DNA from: Actinomycetota bacterium
GTDB taxonomy: Bacteria; Actinomycetota; UBA4738; HRBIN12
Direction of reading: 5' to 3'
Assembly (NCBI GenBank): GCA_035718185.1
Contig: DASTHN010000090.1
Location: 1,227 to 65,226, forward strand
Length of the DNA: 64,000 nt
Made by a program: the position numbers and the translations under genes. Below, in pieces: positions 59,618 through 64,000 of this stretch (its first letter is position 1; each line of letters opens with the position of its first letter). The notes under the pieces were generated by a model. It was not told the DNA's origin and made no database searches. It worked only from the letters and a program-made list of their open reading frames with translations.

Positions 59618-60415
59618 ATGATCCCGATCCGCGATGCCAACCCGACGCGTCGCACACCGTGGGTGACGCTCGCGTTCATCGCGGCGAACGTCGCGGTCTT
59701 CGTGCTCTGGCAGCCGACCTTCGGCGGCGAGGGCGAGCAGGCGGGCTTCTTCTACTGCAATGCCGAGATCCCGTGGGAGGTCTCGAACGGGTCGAACCTG
59801 GCCGACGGGGGCGCCGCCGCCCGGCAGGCGATCGACGCCGACTCCCCCGGCCTCGGGGTCCCGATCCAGGGGTACGTCCAGAGCCAGTGCCCGGACAAGT
59901 CGTGGCTCCTGTCGGTCTTCGTCGCGATGTTCCTCCACGGCGGATGGATCCACATCGCCGGCAACATGCTCTTCCTGTGGGTGTTCGGCAACAACGTGGA
60001 GGATCGCCTGGGACCGCTCCTGTTCGTGGCGTTCTACGTCCTCGGCGGGCTCGCCGCGACCGGCCTGCAGCTGCTGTTCGACGCGAGCTCGACGATCCCG
60101 ACGGTCGGCGCCTCCGGCGCGATCGCCGCGGTGCTCGGGGCCTACCTGGTGCTGTTCCCGAAGGCTCGGGTCACGACGCTCGTCTTCTTCTTCATCATCA
60201 CGTGGATCGAGCTGCCGGCGTCGGTGGTGCTCGTCGGATGGTTCGTCCTGCAGGTATTCAGCGGGGTAGGTCAGCTGACGAGCGGTGTGGCCGGCGGTGT
60301 CGCCTACTGGGCGCACATCGGAGGCTTCGCGTTCGGCGCGGCGATCGTGTGGCTGTTCCTGCGGGGGCGCCGGCCGCCCGGCCCGGCGCTTCCGCCGCGG
60401 CCCGACTACATCTGA
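59618..60415 (+). CDS. Rhomboid-family intramembrane serine protease
   Basis: 265 aa, multi-TM. GASGAIAAVLGAYL (GxSG catalytic Ser) and the downstream AHIGGF catalytic His. Confidence 0.8.
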   Translation: MIPIRDANPTRRTPWVTLAFIAANVAVFVLWQPTFGGEGEQAGFFYCNAEIPWEVSNGSNLADGGAAARQAIDADSPGLGVPIQGYVQSQCPDKSWLLSVFVAMFLHGGWIHIAGNMLFLWVFGNNVEDRLGPLLFVAFYVLGGLAATGLQLLFDASSTIPTVGASGAIAAVLGAYLVLFPKARVTTLVFFFIITWIELPASVVLVGWFVLQVFSGVGQLTSGVAGGVAYWAHIGGFAFGAAIVWLFLRGRRPPGPALPPRPDYI

Positions 60416-61194
60416 ATCGGCGGGTCGGATAGCAGCGTGCCGACGTCGGGCCCCACGTAGGTCGGCCGGATCGGCGACTCCTGCGCGTCCCCCGCCGACG
60501 TCGCTCCCGAGAGCACGAGCAGCGAGTCCCATCCCAGGGCGACGGCCCCAGCGATGTCGGTCTCGAGGCGGTCACCGACGACGAGCGGATGCTGGCCGCC
60601 AACGCGTCGGAGCGCGGCTCGGTAGAGCGGCGGGTGTGGCTTGCCGACCACCTGGGGCTCGGCGCCGGTGGTCGTCGTGACCGCGGCGAGCAGCGCGCCC
60701 GCCCCCGGCCAGAAGCCGTCCGGTGCCGGGTAGGAGGGATCTGCGTTCGTGGCGACGAGCGTCGCCCCTCGTTCCACGAGCAGCGAGGCGGTCCGGAGCT
60801 TCGCGTAGGTCGCTTCCCGATCCCAGCCGACGATCACGTAGGGTGCCGCTGCCGGCTCGCCATCCAGGACACGCACGCCGGCACCGGCGAGGGCGCGCCG
60901 GATCCCCTCCTCACCGATCACGTAGGCCTCGGTCGCTCCGCGCTCGGCCAAGACGTCTGCCGTTGCGAGCGCCGAGGTCACGACCTCGTCCGGGCGGGCC
61001 TCGTAGCCGTGGCCCGCGAGCTTGTCGGCGACCTGCTCCGGCGTCCGGGCGGAGTTGTTCGTGACGAACGCGATCCGATGCCCGTCGGCCCGCAGGGCCG
61101 CCAGGGTCTCCGGCCCCCCCGGCACGGTCTGGTCCCCCCGGAACAGCACGCCATCCAGGTCCAGGAGCAGGGCGTCGTACCGCTCGGCGAGCAT
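60406..61194 (-). CDS. HAD-IIA family hydrolase (NagD-like phosphatase)
   Basis: ATG at 61194 (MLAERYDALLLDLDGVLF...), checked. Motifs DxDG, VTNNS, K...GDRLETD. Confidence 0.7.
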   Translation of the reverse strand: MLAERYDALLLDLDGVLFRGDQTVPGGPETLAALRADGHRIAFVTNNSARTPEQVADKLAGHGYEARPDEVVTSALATADVLAERGATEAYVIGEEGIRRALAGAGVRVLDGEPAAAPYVIVGWDREATYAKLRTASLLVERGATLVATNADPSYPAPDGFWPGAGALLAAVTTTTGAEPQVVGKPHPPLYRAALRRVGGQHPLVVGDRLETDIAGAVALGWDSLLVLSGATSAGDAQESPIRPTYVGPDVGTLLSDPPIQM

Positions 61195-61574
61195 CAGCCC
61201 GCGAGCCTGGCGAGCGCGGCCTCGTAGTCGTCCACGCCGGGGCGGAGCGCGACCGCCAGCCGCAGATGCCCGAGCGCGCGGTGGCGCTCGCCCGTCCGCT
61301 CGCACGCGAGGCCGAGCGCGAAGTGCGCATAGTCGTTCGCCGGGTCGAGCTGCACGGCCTTCGCGAACTCCCTGCGCGCGCGTCGCGCGCGTCCCGACAT
61401 GAACAGCGCCCGCCCGAGCGCCTCGCGGATCGACCCCTTCTCGGGTTCGAGCAGCTTGGCCCGCGAGAGCAGCATCGCCGCCTGATGCGGATGTCCTGCG
61501 CGCAGGAGGGCGGAGCCCCGAGCGAACAGCTCGTAGGCGGACTCGGTTCCGTGCTCCGGGTGTCTGCTATACAA
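61194..61574 (-). CDS. Tetratricopeptide-repeat protein
   Basis: 126 aa with two or three TPR-like helix pairs (AMLLSRAKLLEP...EALGRALFMSGR...AHFALGLACERTG). Confidence 0.5.
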   Translation of the reverse strand: MYSRHPEHGTESAYELFARGSALLRAGHPHQAAMLLSRAKLLEPEKGSIREALGRALFMSGRARRARREFAKAVQLDPANDYAHFALGLACERTGERHRALGHLRLAVALRPGVDDYEAALARLAG

Positions 61575-61579
61575 GGCGC

Positions 61580-62779
61580 GTGTCCCAGGTGTTCCCGTTC
61601 GTCGGGCTGCTCTTCGACCGCGAGAGCGTCGGTTCGCTCGACCTCGTCACCACCCCGCCCTATGACGTCGTCACGCCGACCGAGCAGCGCCGCTTCCGCG
61701 ACCTCAGCCCCTGCAACGTCATCCGCCTGGAGCTCGGCGAGGACCTCCCGGGGGACGGCGAGCAGGAGAACAAGTATAGGAGGGCAGCCGCGGAACTCGA
61801 TCGCTGGCGTGCCGACGGGACGCTCCGCAAGACCGAGCGTCCGTTCTTCTACGCCTACGAGATGCGCTTCCTCCTCCACGGCCGGCCGCGCAGGCTGCGG
61901 GGGGTGATCGGCGCCGTCGAGCTGGAGGACTGGGGCGGATCGATCCTGCCGCACGAGCGGACGATGCAGGGTCCGGTCGAAGACCGGCTCCGCCTCGTCC
62001 GAGCCGTGAAGGCGAACCTGTCCAGCATCCAGGCGGTGTTCCCGGGACCCTCGGAGTCCTTCGGCGCGGCGCTCGACGGGGTCGCCGGGGGCCCGCCCGT
62101 CGCGGAGACCACCGACGAGGCTGGTGTGGAGCACCGGATGTGGCTGCTGGACCCGAACGACGCCGACGTGACCGGATGGCTCTCCGGCGAGGCGCTCATG
62201 ATCGCCGATGGGCACCACCGGTACACGATGTCGCTCCTGTATCGGGACGAGATGCGCGAGCGCCACGGGCCCGGCCCCTGGGATCGCGTGATGATGCTCG
62301 TGGTCGACTCCGCGACCGAGGACCCACCGGTGCTCCCTTACCACCGGGTCCTGACCGAGGGTCCCGCGGGCGAGACCGGAACGCGGGTCCTGGATCTACA
62401 CGAGGTCCTCGACGCCGTCGACGACGAGGAGCTCGTGTACGGGCTCGTGACGCTGGACCATGGCGTGCTCTCGCACCACGTCGTGCGGCTCGAGGGCGAG
62501 CCGCCGACCGTCTGCAGGCTCCACGACGGACCGCTCGCCGGCCTCGACGACATCCTCCGGTTCACTCACGATGCCGTGGAGGCGGAGGACGCCGTCCGTC
62601 ACGGGCAGGGCGTGGCGGCCTTCATCCTTCCGAGGACGAACGCGCTGAGGATCCGGGCGGTGATCGACGCAGGCGGCGTCCTCCCCCAGAAGTCGACGTT
62701 CTTCTGGCCGAAGCCCCGCAGCGGCATGGTCATCCGCGCGCTGGACCTGGATGTCCCGGGAGAGCCCCGCCGAGGCTAG
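61580..62779 (+). CDS. DUF1015-family protein
   Basis: 399 aa. Central ADGHHRY and C-terminal FFWPKPRSGMV motifs recalled for this family. Family assignment is from memory, not from a search. Confidence 0.55.
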   Translation: MSQVFPFVGLLFDRESVGSLDLVTTPPYDVVTPTEQRRFRDLSPCNVIRLELGEDLPGDGEQENKYRRAAAELDRWRADGTLRKTERPFFYAYEMRFLLHGRPRRLRGVIGAVELEDWGGSILPHERTMQGPVEDRLRLVRAVKANLSSIQAVFPGPSESFGAALDGVAGGPPVAETTDEAGVEHRMWLLDPNDADVTGWLSGEALMIADGHHRYTMSLLYRDEMRERHGPGPWDRVMMLVVDSATEDPPVLPYHRVLTEGPAGETGTRVLDLHEVLDAVDDEELVYGLVTLDHGVLSHHVVRLEGEPPTVCRLHDGPLAGLDDILRFTHDAVEAEDAVRHGQGVAAFILPRTNALRIRAVIDAGGVLPQKSTFFWPKPRSGMVIRALDLDVPGEPRRG

Positions 62780-63093
62780 TCGTCCTCCGGCGCCTCCAGC
62801 TTCTTGATGCCCATCGCCACCACCTCCGTGAGGCTCCGAGCTCCGGCTCCGCTCCGGTAGAAGCGCCGGACCAGCTGGCCGTGGACCAGGACGTCGTCGC
62901 CCTTGGCGATGCCCTTCAGGGCGCGTTTCCCGACGTCCCGGTGCCATGCCGCGACCGGGAGGGGGAGGAGACGCTTGCCCGCCTCCGGAACGGAGAGCCT
63001 GAGCTCGGTGACCTCGTCGCCGGACGGCATCCGGCGCTCCACCGGATCCGCCGCGACGGTGCCCGCGAGGACGACGACGTTCACCGTCACCAT
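62776..63093 (-). CDS. Short single-stranded-DNA-binding (OB-fold) protein
   Basis: ATG at 63093 (MVTVNVVVLAGTVAADPVERRMPSGDEVTELRLSV...), checked. This is the SSB N-terminal OB pattern but it lacks the acidic C-terminal tail (105 aa). Confidence 0.55.
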   Translation of the reverse strand: MVTVNVVVLAGTVAADPVERRMPSGDEVTELRLSVPEAGKRLLPLPVAAWHRDVGKRALKGIAKGDDVLVHGQLVRRFYRSGAGARSLTEVVAMGIKKLEAPEDD

Positions 63094-63209
63094 CGGCCCT
63101 CCCTCCCTGTGTGGCGGCGACGGTAGCATCGCCCACCGACACGACGCGCGGCGACCGGCGTCGTCCACCGCGGACCCGCAACATCCCCACCGCCTTAGAC
63201 TGCGAGGCC

Positions 63210-64000
63210 GTGGAGCCCGTCACCTTCGAGATCTCGCCCGGCCTGACGGCGATCGACACCTTCTACGGGGGCCGCGAGCGCTACACCGCGGCCTACCTCC
63301 TGACCGCCGACGAGCCGGCGATCGTCGAGACGGGCCCGACGACCTCGGCCGAGCACGTGGTCGCGGGGCTCGAGCGCCTCGGGATCGGGGCGACCGATCT
63401 GGCCCACATCGTCGTGACGCACATCCACCTCGACCACGCGGGCGGCGTGGGCCGACTGACGCGGATCTTCCCGAACGTGACCGTGTGGGTCCACGAGCGC
63501 GGTGCGCCGCACCTCCAGGACCCGACGCGGCTCGTGGCGAGCGCGACGCGGCTGTACGGCGAGGCGACGATGGGATCCCTCTTCGGCCACGTCGAGCCGG
63601 TTCCCGCCGACCGGATCCGCGCGCTCGCTGACGGGGACCGGATCGAGCTCGGCGGGCGAGCGCTCGAGGCGCTCGACACGCCGGGACACGCGTCGCACCA
63701 CGTCGCGCTCGTCGACTCGGCAACGGGCGCCGTGTTCACGGGCGACGCTCTCGGGATCCACGTGCCCGACGTTCCAGCTCTTCGCCCCGCCACCCCGCCG
63801 CCGGACTTCGACCCCGATCTCACGGTCCGGAGCATCGAACGGATCCGCGAGCACGCCCGGTCGTCGATGGTGCTGTTCTCGCACTTCGGGCCGGTCGCGG
63901 AGGTCGACCGGATCTGCGACCTCGCGGTGCGGCGGACCCGGGGTTGGACGGAGGTCGTCCGGCGTGCCCTCGAGCGCACCGACGACCTCGACCAGATCGT
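63210..64000 (+). CDS. MBL-fold metallo-hydrolase (3' end outside the window)
   Basis: This plus-strand ORF is not in the supplied track. It translates to ...VVTHIHLDHAGGVG (HxHxDH motif)...LDTPGHASHHVAL...GDALG...FSHFGP, starting at GTG 63210. The minus-strand ORFs listed here are antisense artefacts. Confidence 0.6.
   Translation, partial: MEPVTFEISPGLTAIDTFYGGRERYTAAYLLTADEPAIVETGPTTSAEHVVAGLERLGIGATDLAHIVVTHIHLDHAGGVGRLTRIFPNVTVWVHERGAPHLQDPTRLVASATRLYGEATMGSLFGHVEPVPADRIRALADGDRIELGGRALEALDTPGHASHHVALVDSATGAVFTGDALGIHVPDVPALRPATPPPDFDPDLTVRSIERIREHARSSMVLFSHFGPVAEVDRICDLAVRRTRGWTEVVRRALERTDDLDQI

Overview
This is a 64 kb stretch of a very high-GC (about 70%) actinobacterial chromosome, almost entirely protein-coding, with third-codon positions strongly G/C. 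Gene order matches the conserved Mycobacterium/Corynebacterium-type core. A split two-subunit glycine dehydrogenase (gcvPA/gcvPB) suggests a deeper-branching actinobacterium. The recognisable blocks are: (i) the Pup-proteasome locus (pup 3'-end, prcB, prcA, pafA, pafB, pafC), then tatA, tatC and helY; (ii) a lipid kinase, an M24 peptidase, cysS, an Lrp regulator, a reverse-transcriptase-like ORF, an amidohydrolase, an acidic zinc-ribbon protein, the lnt-ppm1 fusion and a sortase-anchored DUF11 surface protein; (iii) the glycine-cleavage/garA neighbourhood (gcvPB, gcvPA, a MerR regulator, a DUF151 nuclease, hpt, a D-Ala-D-Ala carboxypeptidase, a second MerR, garA, gcvH, pgsA, tRNA-Pro); (iv) a long minus-strand housekeeping array (der, cmk, aroA, tyrA, aroH, rluB, scpB, scpA, trpS, an S2P protease, deoA, deoB, dksA-like, xerD, ald, NUDIX, pyrG, two glycosyltransferases, steB, steA, recN, nadK, tlyA), then a rhomboid, HAD, TPR, DUF1015, an SSB-like protein and an MBL hydrolase. 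No CRISPR array, transposase or phage block was seen. The most unusual element is a compact ORF of about 240 aa carrying reverse-transcriptase motifs 1-7 but no thumb domain. It sits between a divergent Lrp/AsnC regulator and an amidohydrolase, and its ribosome-binding site lies inside a hairpin. Other points worth a second look are listed under findings: (1) two genes inserted inside the normally contiguous pafA-pafBC unit; (2) two small ORFs between pafC and tatA; (3) a structured leader with a perfect 15-bp palindrome in front of the DUF11 surface protein; (4) a 70-nt long-stem hairpin between the amidohydrolase and the acidic zinc-ribbon gene; (5) two paralogous CAP-domain secreted proteins bracketing the gcv cluster; (6) glycosyltransferases inserted between pyrG and steAB. 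Many long ORFs in the six-frame track are GC-driven off-frame or antisense artefacts and were rejected. Coordinates of internal start codons were checked by eye where stated and may be off by a few nucleotides.
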